64,000 nt of DNA, taken from the NCBI GenBank assembly GCA_964537725.1, contig CAZICD010000001.1:63878-127877 (forward strand). The letters run 5' to 3'. This document shows, in pieces, positions 45,781 through 54,811 of this stretch. This DNA comes from an uncultured Spirochaetaceae bacterium. GTDB taxonomy: Bacteria; Spirochaetota; Spirochaetia; DSM-27196; SLST01. The position numbers and the translations under genes are program-made. A model generated the notes under the pieces. The model saw only the letters and a program-made list of their open reading frames with translations. It was not told the origin of the DNA and did not search any database. Position 1 is the stretch's first letter, and every line of letters starts with the position of its first letter.

Positions 45781-46870
45781 GATCGCCTCCATCGTCGAGC
45801 GCGTAGTCGAGGCGCTCGCCCGCGTAGAACGGTACCACACCGTCGCAGAGATCGGGAACAACCCACGGCGACTCGACGATCCGGATCGTCCCGTCGTTGA
45901 GCGGGAGCCGGTAGAACTCGGCGCCGAACCGGGAGACGAACGACTCGAGGTTCGGGCCGGGACGGCCGGTGCCGGGCGTGCCGCCGGTAGCGTCCACGCC
46001 GGGCCGGCGCTCCGCGTCCGCTTCGGTCAGCGGCAGCCCCGCCTCCTCGAAGAGCGCGGCGAGCAGGGGAATCGCGACCGGTGCGGTGTAGATCCCGGCG
46101 CACCCGCAGGCCGCCTCCTTCGCCTCGCGCGGGTGGGGAGCGCTGTCGGATCCGAAGAAGACGCGCCGGTTCCCCGAGAAGACCGCGTCGCGGACGGCGT
46201 CACGGTCGCGCTCGCGCTTCGCGATCGGCTTGCAGAAGTGGTGCGGGCGCAGCTCGTCGCCGACGACGTCGTCGAGCGTGAGCAGGAGGTGGTGGACGGT
46301 CACCGTCGCGGCGACGGTTTCGGGGAGCGAGGCGAGCGCCTCGATCACGGCTGCCGAGCTCACGTGCTCGATGACGACGCGCAGCCGCGGGAACCGCGAC
46401 ACGATCCGCTCGATGCGCGGCAGGTACGCCTCCTCGCGGTCGAGCGAGAAGACCCCGGGCTCCTCGGCGTGGATCTCGAGCACGAGGTCGTTGGCCTCCA
46501 TCGCCTCGAAGACCGGGTAGAGCGGCTCGACCTCGCTCACGCCGTCGGCGGAGTTGGTCGTGACGCCCTGCGGGTAGAGCTTGCCGCCGATCGCGCCGGC
46601 GCCGGCGAGCGCGGCGACGTCCCCCGGGTCGAGGGTGGGGACGACCTTGAACGTCATCAGCGGCTCGAGGCTGCGGTCGGCCGGGACCTCCGCGAGGATC
46701 TGGCCGCGGTAGCGGCGCAAGTCGTCGGGTGTCGTCACCGGCGGCACGGTATTCGGCATGACGAGCGCTCGCGGGAACCATCGGCTCGTCTCGCGAACGA
46801 CCGGCGCGAGTACCGGAGGCTGTCGGAGATGGACGTGGAAATCGTCGGGGGCACGGAGCGTTACTGCCAT
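45770..46870 (-). CDS. pyrC: Dihydroorotase (homodimeric type)
   Basis: It shows DDFHVHLRQ, a later GGKLYP (carboxylated Lys region), and the FFGSDSAPH motif. Confidence 0.9.
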   Translation of the reverse strand: MAVTLRAPDDFHVHLRQPPVLAPVVRETSRWFPRALVMPNTVPPVTTPDDLRRYRGQILAEVPADRSLEPLMTFKVVPTLDPGDVAALAGAGAIGGKLYPQGVTTNSADGVSEVEPLYPVFEAMEANDLVLEIHAEEPGVFSLDREEAYLPRIERIVSRFPRLRVVIEHVSSAAVIEALASLPETVAATVTVHHLLLTLDDVVGDELRPHHFCKPIAKRERDRDAVRDAVFSGNRRVFFGSDSAPHPREAKEAACGCAGIYTAPVAIPLLAALFEEAGLPLTEADAERRPGVDATGGTPGTGRPGPNLESFVSRFGAEFYRLPLNDGTIRIVESPWVVPDLCDGVVPFYAGERLDYALDDGGDHES

Positions 46871-46957
46871 GCGCGCAGTCTACCCCGACCGGGCCCCGGG
46901 CGACACCACCCTCGGGCCCGGGCTGCCCATTCGGTAGACAGCACCCGGGGGCCTCGC

Positions 46958-46963
46958 TATCTT
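46958..46963 (+). promoter_or_regulatory. -10-like TATCTT, 8 nt before ATG 46972
   Basis: The sequence reads TATCTT aggcctgc ATG with no Shine-Dalgarno. Confidence 0.3.
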
Positions 46964-46971
46964 AGGCCTGC

Positions 46972-48060
46972 ATGGACGCCCTCGCCGAGCTTCGCGCTTC
47001 CACCACGTGGTACTACTCCTCGTTCTCGGCGCTCGACCGGTACTTCGGCCGCGACGAGCAGCCGGTGGTCTGCGTCACGGTCGAAGGCGACCTGGTCACC
47101 CTCGCGAAGGCGGTGCCCGAGCTCGAGTTCCCGGGCGTTCCGCACGCGGACGCTGCGGTCTGGGACGATGGTCGACGGATCTACTTCCGCTGTATCGATC
47201 CCGACGCGAAGCCCGGCCCCCAGGCGTTTCGACCGCTCAACCTGCTCTACGATCCGGCGCGCGAACGCTACCTCGATCCCTACGACGACTACCGGGCGCT
47301 TCGCGGCGAGGAGCTCGAGCCGACCGACGAACCGATCGAGCCGGCGCACCGGGTTATGGACGCGGCGGTCGCGATCTCACGCTACCCCTACCGCCTCGCC
47401 GAACCGCTCGAGCCGCTCGCCCGGTTCCCCGAGCTTGCGCCGGAGACGCTGCGTTCGCTCGTCGCGCAGGTGCTGACCGGACCGTTTCCCGAGAAGGGGC
47501 TGCGACTGCTCGACGAGCACGGGTTCATCGACGCGTATCTGCCCGAGCTCACCGCGATGAAGGGAACGTCTCACTCGAAGGAACACCATCCGGAAGGCGA
47601 CGTCTGGAACCATTCGCTGGAGACCTTCCGCTACCGCCGCTCGCGCGACCTCGCGCTGACGCTCGGCCTGCTCCTCCACGATTCGGGCAAGCCCCTCGCG
47701 GTTCCGCGCGGCGGACGGAAGTTCGACGGCCACGCGGAGATCGGCGCGAAGCTCGCGAGCAGGCTGCTGCGACGACTCGGTTTCGCCGAAGAGCTCGTGG
47801 AGGACGTCTACTGGCTCGTCTCGAAGCACATGTTCCCCGGAGCGCTCCACCTCCTGCCCACCTTCCGGACCGAGCGCCTCATGGCCGATCGTCGCTTCCC
47901 GGTGCTCCTCGAGCTCTACCGCTGCGACCTCGAGTCGACCTACCGCGGACCGGACGGCTACTACCGCGCGTGCAAGATCTACCGTGACTTCATCAAACAC
48001 AGCGCCAATCCGTACCGGGGCGCCGACGGGAAAAAACTCGTCCGCCTCTACGTCGACTGA
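46972..48060 (+). CDS. HD-domain protein, CCA-adding-enzyme-like but without a recognisable nucleotidyltransferase head
   Basis: HD motif region (HHPEGDVWNHS...LLLHDSGKP). The central part resembles the tRNA-NT RNA-binding region. The N-terminus lacks GGxVRD/DxD. Confidence 0.65.
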   Translation: MDALAELRASTTWYYSSFSALDRYFGRDEQPVVCVTVEGDLVTLAKAVPELEFPGVPHADAAVWDDGRRIYFRCIDPDAKPGPQAFRPLNLLYDPARERYLDPYDDYRALRGEELEPTDEPIEPAHRVMDAAVAISRYPYRLAEPLEPLARFPELAPETLRSLVAQVLTGPFPEKGLRLLDEHGFIDAYLPELTAMKGTSHSKEHHPEGDVWNHSLETFRYRRSRDLALTLGLLLHDSGKPLAVPRGGRKFDGHAEIGAKLASRLLRRLGFAEELVEDVYWLVSKHMFPGALHLLPTFRTERLMADRRFPVLLELYRCDLESTYRGPDGYYRACKIYRDFIKHSANPYRGADGKKLVRLYVD

Positions 48061-48836
48061 GGACGTGCCCCGCTCGCGCGCAACCCGATCTCGTAGAGCC
48101 CGCGCAGCGTCAGCCACGGCTCCACGCGCGCGACCTTCGTGCACCGTCCGGCGATGAGACCAGCCTCGCCGCCGGTTGCGAGCACGAGCGGCGAAGCCGG
48201 CGCGAGCTCCGCGGCGATTCCGCAGACCATCGCGTCCACGAGGCCCGCGTACCCGTTCACGATCCCGGAGCGCAACGAGGCGACGGTGTTCGTGCCGATG
48301 TAGCGCTGCGGCGGCTCGAGATCGACCATGGGCAGCGCGGCGGTGTGCGCGATCAGCCCGTTCACGCCGGTCGTGACGCCGGGCGCGATGGCGACGCCGC
48401 GAACGCATCCCTCATCGTCGACGGCCGTGAACGTCAGCGCCGTTCCGAAGTCGACGACCACCGCGGCTCCCCCGGCGATTGCGAATCCGCCCACGGCGTT
48501 GGCGAGCAGGTCGCCGCCCACCTCGCCCGGGTCGTCGGTACGGATCGAGACCGGCAGGTCGAGGCTCGCGCTCACGACGACCGGCTCGATACCGAGCAGT
48601 CTCGCCACGCCGTCGTGAACCGCGCTCGTGAGCGCGGGAACGACGCTCGAGATCACCGCCGCGCGAACGGCGGAGACGTCCACGTCGTCGAAGGCGAAGA
48701 GCTCCCGCAGGTGGAGCAGCACCTCGTCGGCGGTGCGCTGCGTCCGGCTCGCGAGTCGCCAGTGGTGGAGGAGCTCACGGTCGCGTACGAGCCCCACGGC
48801 GATGTTGGTGTTGCCGGCGTCGATCGTGAGGATCAT
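48048..48836 (-). CDS. coaX: Type III pantothenate kinase
   Basis: It shows MILTIDAGNTN and VVDFGTA. ATGA overlap with thrC. Only the last 262 aa of the track ORF are real. Confidence 0.9.
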   Translation of the reverse strand: MILTIDAGNTNIAVGLVRDRELLHHWRLASRTQRTADEVLLHLRELFAFDDVDVSAVRAAVISSVVPALTSAVHDGVARLLGIEPVVVSASLDLPVSIRTDDPGEVGGDLLANAVGGFAIAGGAAVVVDFGTALTFTAVDDEGCVRGVAIAPGVTTGVNGLIAHTAALPMVDLEPPQRYIGTNTVASLRSGIVNGYAGLVDAMVCGIAAELAPASPLVLATGGEAGLIAGRCTKVARVEPWLTLRGLYEIGLRASGARPQST

Positions 48837-50161
48837 CGGTCCGTTCCGTCGGCGAAGCGGTCGAGGAGCCACGGGCGCAGCGCGTCGATGGAGGGCTCCA
48901 TCGCAGACGCCTGCTTCTCGCGACGCATCGCCTCGGCGAGCCGCTCGGGAAGCTCGGGGCGCGCGCCGGTGGCCTGCTCCACCACCTCGCCGAACTTCGC
49001 CGGATGAGCGGTGGCGAGCGTGATGACGCTCGCGTCGGAGGCGCCCTCGCCGTCGAGGTAGCGCTCGGCGGCGCAGACGCCGGCGGCGGTGTGCGGGTCG
49101 AGGAAGACGCCGTGCGCACGGTAGTGCCGCCCCATGGTATCGAGGATCTCCTCGTCGGTGACCGCCTCGCCACCGACCATCGCGCGCATGTCCTGGTAGT
49201 CGGCGCCGAAGATCTCGAGCAACCGCTCGAAGTTGCTGGGGTTGCCCACGTCCATCGCGTTCGCGAGCGTGCGCATGCTCGGTCGCGCGCGGTAGATCCC
49301 GCTCGCGAGGTACTCGGGCACGACGTCGTTGATGTTCGTCGCCGCGATGAAGCCCGAGACCGGCAGGCCCCACCTCCAGGCGAGAATGCCCGCGGTGAGG
49401 TTGCCGAAGTTCCCGCTGGGCACGCAGAAGACGACCTCGCTCGCGATCCGCGACCGCAGCCGAACGAACGCGTCGATGTAGTAGAACGCCTGCGGGATGA
49501 GCCGGCCCAGGTTGATCGAGTTGGCAGACGTGAGATGCGCGCGCCCGGCGAGCTCGCGGTCGGTGAAGGCCTCCTTCACCATGCGCTGACAGTCGTCGAA
49601 GGAACCGGAAACCTCGAGCGCGTGAATGTTGCCGCCAATCGTCGTGAGCTGCTGCTCCTGCAGCGGGCTGACCCGGCCGGAGGGATAGAGGATCACGACG
49701 TCGATTCCGGGTCGATCGTGAAAGGCTCGGGCCACCGCGCTCCCGGTGTCGCCGGAGGTCGCCGTGAGAATCACGGCGCGGTGGTTCTCGCCGTCGAGCA
49801 GGTATTCCATAGCCGCTGCGAGGAAGCTCGCGCCGAAGTCCTTGAACGCGCACGAGGGACCGTGGAAGAGCTCGAGCAGCAGGATCTGATCGGTGAGCGA
49901 GACGAGCTTCGGCGCGAACGGAAAGGCCCGCCGGCAGACCGCGGCGGCCGCCTCGGCGTCGAAGGTCTCCGGCAGCAGCTCGTGCACGAGCTCGGCCGCG
50001 ATCTCCACGAAGGGCCGGTCGGCGGGGCTGCGGAGGATGACCTCACGCAGCCGCGGCTCGGAGTCGGGATGATAGAGACCGCCGTCGGGAGCGAGCCCGG
50101 TGAAGATCGCCTCGCGGAAGTCGACGGACCGATCGCGGTCGCGGGTCGAGTAGAACCTCAT
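48833..50161 (-). CDS. thrC: Threonine synthase
   Basis: It shows MRFYSTR...GLAPDGGLY, PLP-Lys region FHGPSCAFKDFG and SGNFGN. ATGA overlap with the aspartate kinase gene. Confidence 0.9.
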   Translation of the reverse strand: MRFYSTRDRDRSVDFREAIFTGLAPDGGLYHPDSEPRLREVILRSPADRPFVEIAAELVHELLPETFDAEAAAAVCRRAFPFAPKLVSLTDQILLLELFHGPSCAFKDFGASFLAAAMEYLLDGENHRAVILTATSGDTGSAVARAFHDRPGIDVVILYPSGRVSPLQEQQLTTIGGNIHALEVSGSFDDCQRMVKEAFTDRELAGRAHLTSANSINLGRLIPQAFYYIDAFVRLRSRIASEVVFCVPSGNFGNLTAGILAWRWGLPVSGFIAATNINDVVPEYLASGIYRARPSMRTLANAMDVGNPSNFERLLEIFGADYQDMRAMVGGEAVTDEEILDTMGRHYRAHGVFLDPHTAAGVCAAERYLDGEGASDASVITLATAHPAKFGEVVEQATGARPELPERLAEAMRREKQASAMEPSIDALRPWLLDRFADGTDR

Positions 50162-51555
50162 CGCGTCCTCCGCACGGCCTGGTCGCCGGAGAAGAAGGCG
50201 CGGTGCACCGCGTTGAGCGTCTGCTCGCGGTCCTTGCGGTGCACCACGAAGGAGATATTCATCTCCGACGATCCCTGCGCGATCGCGAGCACGTTGATCG
50301 ATGCCTCGCCGAGCGCCTGGAAGAGCCATCCGGAGATCCCCGGTTTGCCGCGCATGTTCTCTCCGATCACCGCGACGATCTCGAGATCGCGCTCGACGGC
50401 GACCCGCTGGATGATCTTCCGGTGCAGCTCGCGTTCGAGCTCGGCCTCCAGCGCGCGCTGCGCGCGTGGCGCATCGGCATCCGGAATAACGAAACAGATG
50501 CTGTGCTCGGATGAGGCCTGCGAGATCATGACGATGTTGATCTTCGCGGCGGCGAGCGTCGAAAAGATGCGCCCGGCGATACCGGGCAGTCCCACCATGC
50601 CGCCGCCTTCCACGTTGAGAAGCGCGACGTTCTCGATCGACGCTATGCCGGTGATGTACTCGGCCTGCGAGCTCGTGTGCGCGGCGATCTGCGTCCCCGC
50701 GGCGTCAGGATTCATCGTGTTCCTGATCCACAGCGGGATACCCTTCTCGACCGCGGGAACCATGGTGTAGGGGTGGATCACCTTCGCGCCGAAGTAGGAG
50801 AGCTCCATCGCCTCCTGGTAGCTGATCTCCGGGAGGACGAAGGCGTCGGCGACGAACCTCGGGTCCGCGCTGTAGACGCCGTCGACGTCGGTCCAGATCT
50901 CGATCGCGCTCGCCTCGGCGCCGGCGCCGACGATGGAAGCGGTATAGTCGCTGCCGTTTCGCCCGAGCGTGGTGGTGACGCCGGTCTCGGTCGCGGCGAT
51001 GAAGCCGGTGACGACCGGCAGATCGTCCCCGTCAAGGTTCGCGCGCACGAGCTCGGTGGTGCGCGCGAAGTCGACGGTGGCGCTGCCGTGGTTGTCGTCG
51101 GTGCGGATGATCTCGCGCGCATCGACGTAGCGGGACGGCAACCCGCGGGCGGCCATGGCGGCGGCGACGATGACGCAGTTCAGCCGCTCCCCGAAGCCTA
51201 CGATGAGGTCCTGCGTGCGGGCCGTGCACTCGCGGACGAGTCTGACGCCGTGCAGCAGGTCGCCGACTTCCTCGCAGAGCTGGTCCACCTGCGCGACGAG
51301 CGCGGCGTCGTCGGGGCAGAGCGTCCGCGCGCTCTCCACGTGCCGCTCGCGCACGGTCGCGATTCGGTCGACGAACCCGTCGTAACCGGCGGCCGACTCG
51401 CTCGCGGCGTCGAGCAACAGGTCGGTGACGCCCTTCATCGCCGAGAAGACGGCGCATACCCGTTCGTCGCGGTGAGCGCGCTCGATCACATCTATGACGC
51501 GGGAGATGCGCCCGGGGTCGGCCACCGAGCTCCCGCCAAATTTCATTACCTTCAT
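50158..51555 (-). CDS. lysC: Aspartate kinase with tandem C-terminal ACT domains
   Basis: It shows MKVMKFGGSSV, TLGRNGSDYTA, WTDVDGVYSADP and two ACT-like repeats. GGAGA lies 7 nt before ATG 51555. Confidence 0.9.
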   Translation of the reverse strand: MKVMKFGGSSVADPGRISRVIDVIERAHRDERVCAVFSAMKGVTDLLLDAASESAAGYDGFVDRIATVRERHVESARTLCPDDAALVAQVDQLCEEVGDLLHGVRLVRECTARTQDLIVGFGERLNCVIVAAAMAARGLPSRYVDAREIIRTDDNHGSATVDFARTTELVRANLDGDDLPVVTGFIAATETGVTTTLGRNGSDYTASIVGAGAEASAIEIWTDVDGVYSADPRFVADAFVLPEISYQEAMELSYFGAKVIHPYTMVPAVEKGIPLWIRNTMNPDAAGTQIAAHTSSQAEYITGIASIENVALLNVEGGGMVGLPGIAGRIFSTLAAAKINIVMISQASSEHSICFVIPDADAPRAQRALEAELERELHRKIIQRVAVERDLEIVAVIGENMRGKPGISGWLFQALGEASINVLAIAQGSSEMNISFVVHRKDREQTLNAVHRAFFSGDQAVRRTR

Positions 51556-51641
51556 CACCAGGTCTCCGCGATAGAATTTCGTGAGAAATTCGGGACGACG
51601 TGGCAGTCGTCGCCGTCTCAGAGTATGATGAAGGTCGCCTG

Positions 51642-52712
51642 ATGCGCAACACGCAGACCGCTCGAAGCCTGTTCGCCCTCCTGCTCGTCGCCTTCGTGGC
51701 GTACTCGGCCGAGGCGACCGACCAACCGGATGATCACTACGACCCGCTCGCGACGGCGCTCTCCTTCTCGCCCGAGTACACCGCGCCGGTGATCGACGCG
51801 CAGGGCGATCCCGTCGCGCGCATCGCCGACCTCAACGGAGACGGGCGCGACGACACGGCGTTGCTCACCGTAGCGGTGGACGTGGGCGTCCCTACGAGCG
51901 CCGAGACACTCTCCGATCCGTTACGGCTCTACGCCGAGCAGCCGGTCGACCCCTTGTTCATCCTGGAGGCTCACATGGCCGGGCAGGAGGCGATCCTGAC
52001 CGTCGAGCTGGGACGACGGACCGTATGGACGGGCTTCGAGCTGGTGAGGCTCACCGATTCGCCCGTTCCGGTCGCCGTGTCGGTGGGCTTTCGCGGCCGC
52101 GCGGCCTCCAGCACCGAGCTCGTCGTCTTCCAGCGCGACGACGTCTCGCGATTCGCCTTCGAAGAGAGCCGGAACGAGCGCGGGATGCTTACCGACCTGA
52201 CGTCCGACGGGGTCCTCGACGTCGTCACCGCCCGCCGGGCGCCGGAGGCCGGCAGGGGATACGAGACCTTCCTCGAGCTCCACGAGCTGCGCGCCGACGG
52301 GTACACGCGAACCGCCTCGCTTCCGCTCGTGCGGACCGTCAACGCCTTCCTCGACGCCACGGCGCTCGAAATGGAGCGCGAATCCTGGGACGCGCTTCGC
52401 CGACGCGTACGGGGTGCCGCGACAAACGGGGTGCTCGCCGACGCGTTCCGTGGTGTCGCCGACGAAGACCTCGTCGCCGACACGCGCTTCGACTATCCCG
52501 GCAGCGGCGACGATATCGCCGATGTCACCTTTCCGCGGCTCGCCGACAACCCCTTCCCTTCGCCGTACGTGGGCCGATCCTTTCGGATCGTCTTCCGCGT
52601 AGAGTGCTGCGACGCGCCCGTGCGATTCTTCGAGGCGGTCCTCGCGCTGGACACGAATCCCTTCGACGGCTCGGTCCTCACTTTCTTGACAGACGACGGA
52701 GCCGGGAAGTAG
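51642..52712 (+). CDS. Secreted hypothetical protein with FG-GAP/VCBS-like calcium loops
   Basis: Signal peptide (LFALLLVAFVAYSAEA) and two DxxxDGxxD-type loops (DLNGDGRDD, DLTSDGVLD). Confidence 0.55.
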   Translation: MRNTQTARSLFALLLVAFVAYSAEATDQPDDHYDPLATALSFSPEYTAPVIDAQGDPVARIADLNGDGRDDTALLTVAVDVGVPTSAETLSDPLRLYAEQPVDPLFILEAHMAGQEAILTVELGRRTVWTGFELVRLTDSPVPVAVSVGFRGRAASSTELVVFQRDDVSRFAFEESRNERGMLTDLTSDGVLDVVTARRAPEAGRGYETFLELHELRADGYTRTASLPLVRTVNAFLDATALEMERESWDALRRRVRGAATNGVLADAFRGVADEDLVADTRFDYPGSGDDIADVTFPRLADNPFPSPYVGRSFRIVFRVECCDAPVRFFEAVLALDTNPFDGSVLTFLTDDGAGK

Positions 52713-52721
52713 CATCCCGGA

Positions 52722-54005
52722 GTGGATCGTTACATCGTCGAAGGAAGCTACCCCATCCGCGGCCGCATCCGCGCCAGCGGCAACAAGAACGCCGCACTGC
52801 CCTGCATAGCAGCGACCCTCCTGACCGACGAGACGGTCGTCCTGAAGAACGTCCCCGACATCGAGGACGTCCACGTATTGCTCGAGATCCTTCGGGAGCT
52901 CGGCGGAACCGTCGAGCGGACGACCGCGCACGGCGAGTGGAAGATCACGACGCACGACATTCGGAGCTCCGAAGTACCGCTGGAGATGGCGAAGAAGATT
53001 CGCGCCTCGATCCTGCTCGCCGGGCCGCTGCTCGCGCGGACGGGCCGCGTCCAGCTGCCGCCGCCGGGCGGCGACGTGATCGGGCGACGGCGGCTGGATA
53101 CCCACTTCCTCGCGCTGAGCGCGCTCGGCGCTCAGGTGGAGATCGACGGGGTGTTCAACCTCACGGCGAACAAGCTCGTGGGCGTCGAGATCTTCCTCGA
53201 CGAGGCGTCGGTCACGGCGACGGAGAACGCGATCATGGCGTCCGTGCTCGCCGAAGGCAGGACGGTCATCCAGAACGCCGCGAGCGAACCGCACGTCCAG
53301 GATCTCTGCCGCATGCTGAACGCCATGGGAGCGAAGATCACGGGCATCGGATCGAACATCCTGACGATCAACGGTGTCGCAAAACTCGGGGGAACCGAGT
53401 TCAAGATCGGCTCGGACTTCATGGAGGTCGGGAGCTTCATCGGGCTGGCGGCGGTCACGCGCGGTGAGCTCATAATCGAGGACGCTGCGCCGCAGAACCT
53501 CAAGATGGTGCGTCTGGCCTTCGGGAAGCTGGGCATTCACTGGGAGCGTGACGGCGAAGACATCAGGGTCGCCGCCGGACAGACCCTGCGCGTCGTGCCC
53601 GACATGGGCGGTATGATCCCCAAGATCGACGACGCGCCGTGGCCGGGGTTCCCGCCCGACCTGACGAGCATCATCACGGTCGTCGCCACGCAGGTCGAGG
53701 GGACGGTGCTGATCCACGAGAAGATGTTCGACGCGCGGATGTTCTTCGTCGACAAGCTGATCGGGATGGGCGCACGGATCGTGCTGTGCGACCCGCACCG
53801 GGCGGTGGTGAGCGGTCCGTCGCGGCTCTCGGGCAGCGAGATGACCTCCCCGGACGTCCGCGCCGGGATGGCGATGGTGATCGCGGCGATCTGCGCCGAG
53901 GGGACGAGCGTGATCCACAACGTCTACCAGATCGAACGGGGTTACGAGGACCTCGTCGGGCGGCTGCACCAGCTCGGCGCGCAAATCGAGCGCGGCGGCG
54001 ACTGA
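52722..54005 (+). CDS. murA: UDP-N-acetylglucosamine 1-carboxyvinyltransferase
   Basis: It shows [10 protein letters not shown] and a catalytic Asp variant in the PGGDVIGRR loop. 427 aa. GTG start. Confidence 0.95.
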   Translation: MDRYIVEGSYPIRGRIRASGNKNAALPCIAATLLTDETVVLKNVPDIEDVHVLLEILRELGGTVERTTAHGEWKITTHDIRSSEVPLEMAKKIRASILLAGPLLARTGRVQLPPPGGDVIGRRRLDTHFLALSALGAQVEIDGVFNLTANKLVGVEIFLDEASVTATENAIMASVLAEGRTVIQNAASEPHVQDLCRMLNAMGAKITGIGSNILTINGVAKLGGTEFKIGSDFMEVGSFIGLAAVTRGELIIEDAAPQNLKMVRLAFGKLGIHWERDGEDIRVAAGQTLRVVPDMGGMIPKIDDAPWPGFPPDLTSIITVVATQVEGTVLIHEKMFDARMFFVDKLIGMGARIVLCDPHRAVVSGPSRLSGSEMTSPDVRAGMAMVIAAICAEGTSVIHNVYQIERGYEDLVGRLHQLGAQIERGGD

Positions 54006-54040
54006 TCCGCGCGACGCAGGCCGCGGCCGGGCCCCATACC

Positions 54041-54811
54041 CTACTCCGACGGACGCACGTTCCCGGTCTCGCCCTCCTCGGCGAGGAGCGTCTCGTACGC
54101 CGCCTGAATCCGCTTGAACGCCTGCTCGGTCGCCTCCCGCTGCCGCTCGCTCAGCGTCGCCGCGGTATCCGGATGGAACTGGGCGGCGAGCCTGCGGTAC
54201 GCCGTGCGGACCTCGTCTCGACTCGCGTCGCGCGCGATCCCCAGCACCGCACACGCCTCCGCGTCCCGGAACCGCCTGAGCACCAGCTCGCGCGCGATAA
54301 ACCCCTCGTCGATGCCCACCCTCCGCGCGATCGCGCGCACCTCATCGCGCGCGGGCAGCGTTGCGCGCGTACGGCCCACGGCGTTCCACGCGGCGGTCAC
54401 GACGCGCTCTCGCTCGTCGAGCGGGCACGCGGCCGCCAGACGCGCCGCGTAGACGTCGATCCCGCTCCACGGGTGCGTGGCGGCGGCGACGATCATCCGT
54501 TCGACCTGACGACGCGCCCAGCGGTCGGGATGGACCGGGCGCAGCTCCGCGGCGAGCCGGTCGACCGCCGCCGGGTCGACCCGCGGATGCGGCTGCAGGT
54601 GGCCGAGCAGCTCACCGGCGAGCGCGACCTGCCGCGGCAGCCACGCGGGAGCGTCGTCGCCGTCGAGATAGCGGATCGTGGCCCGGTGCACCCGGAATTC
54701 GGCCCAGACCAGATCGACCAGAAACCCGATGAACAGCCCGAACAGAGCGCCGAAGACACCGCCGAGCAGCCCTACCGCGAGCCCGGCGAGCGTTCCCCAG
54801 TAGCGCCTCAT
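54041..54811 (-). CDS. DjlA-like membrane-anchored J-domain co-chaperone
   Basis: N-terminal TM (LAGLAVGLLGGVFGALFGLFIGFLV), a helical middle, and a C-terminal J domain with HPD (RRLAAQFHPD). ATGA overlap with the upstream gene. Confidence 0.75.
   Translation of the reverse strand: MRRYWGTLAGLAVGLLGGVFGALFGLFIGFLVDLVWAEFRVHRATIRYLDGDDAPAWLPRQVALAGELLGHLQPHPRVDPAAVDRLAAELRPVHPDRWARRQVERMIVAAATHPWSGIDVYAARLAAACPLDERERVVTAAWNAVGRTRATLPARDEVRAIARRVGIDEGFIARELVLRRFRDAEACAVLGIARDASRDEVRTAYRRLAAQFHPDTAATLSERQREATEQAFKRIQAAYETLLAEEGETGNVRPSE

Noticed and set aside
42727-45900. 1057-aa plus-strand ORF, the longest in the window
   Set aside because: It is antisense to hisA, the FGGY kinase and the aldolase-like gene, all of which have recognisable motifs. 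Its composition is dominated by R/G/E/D/A with no motifs, so it is a GC-bias artefact.
51556-51641. Lysine or threonine riboswitch/attenuator upstream of aspartate kinase
   Set aside because: The spacer is only 86 nt and is shared with a divergent gene. That is too short for an L-box, and there is no leader peptide or terminator/antiterminator pair.
51921-54254. 777-aa minus-strand ORF opposite the secreted protein, murA and the DjlA-like gene end
   Set aside because: It is antisense to murA, which is unambiguous, and has an Arg/Asp/Glu-rich low-information composition.
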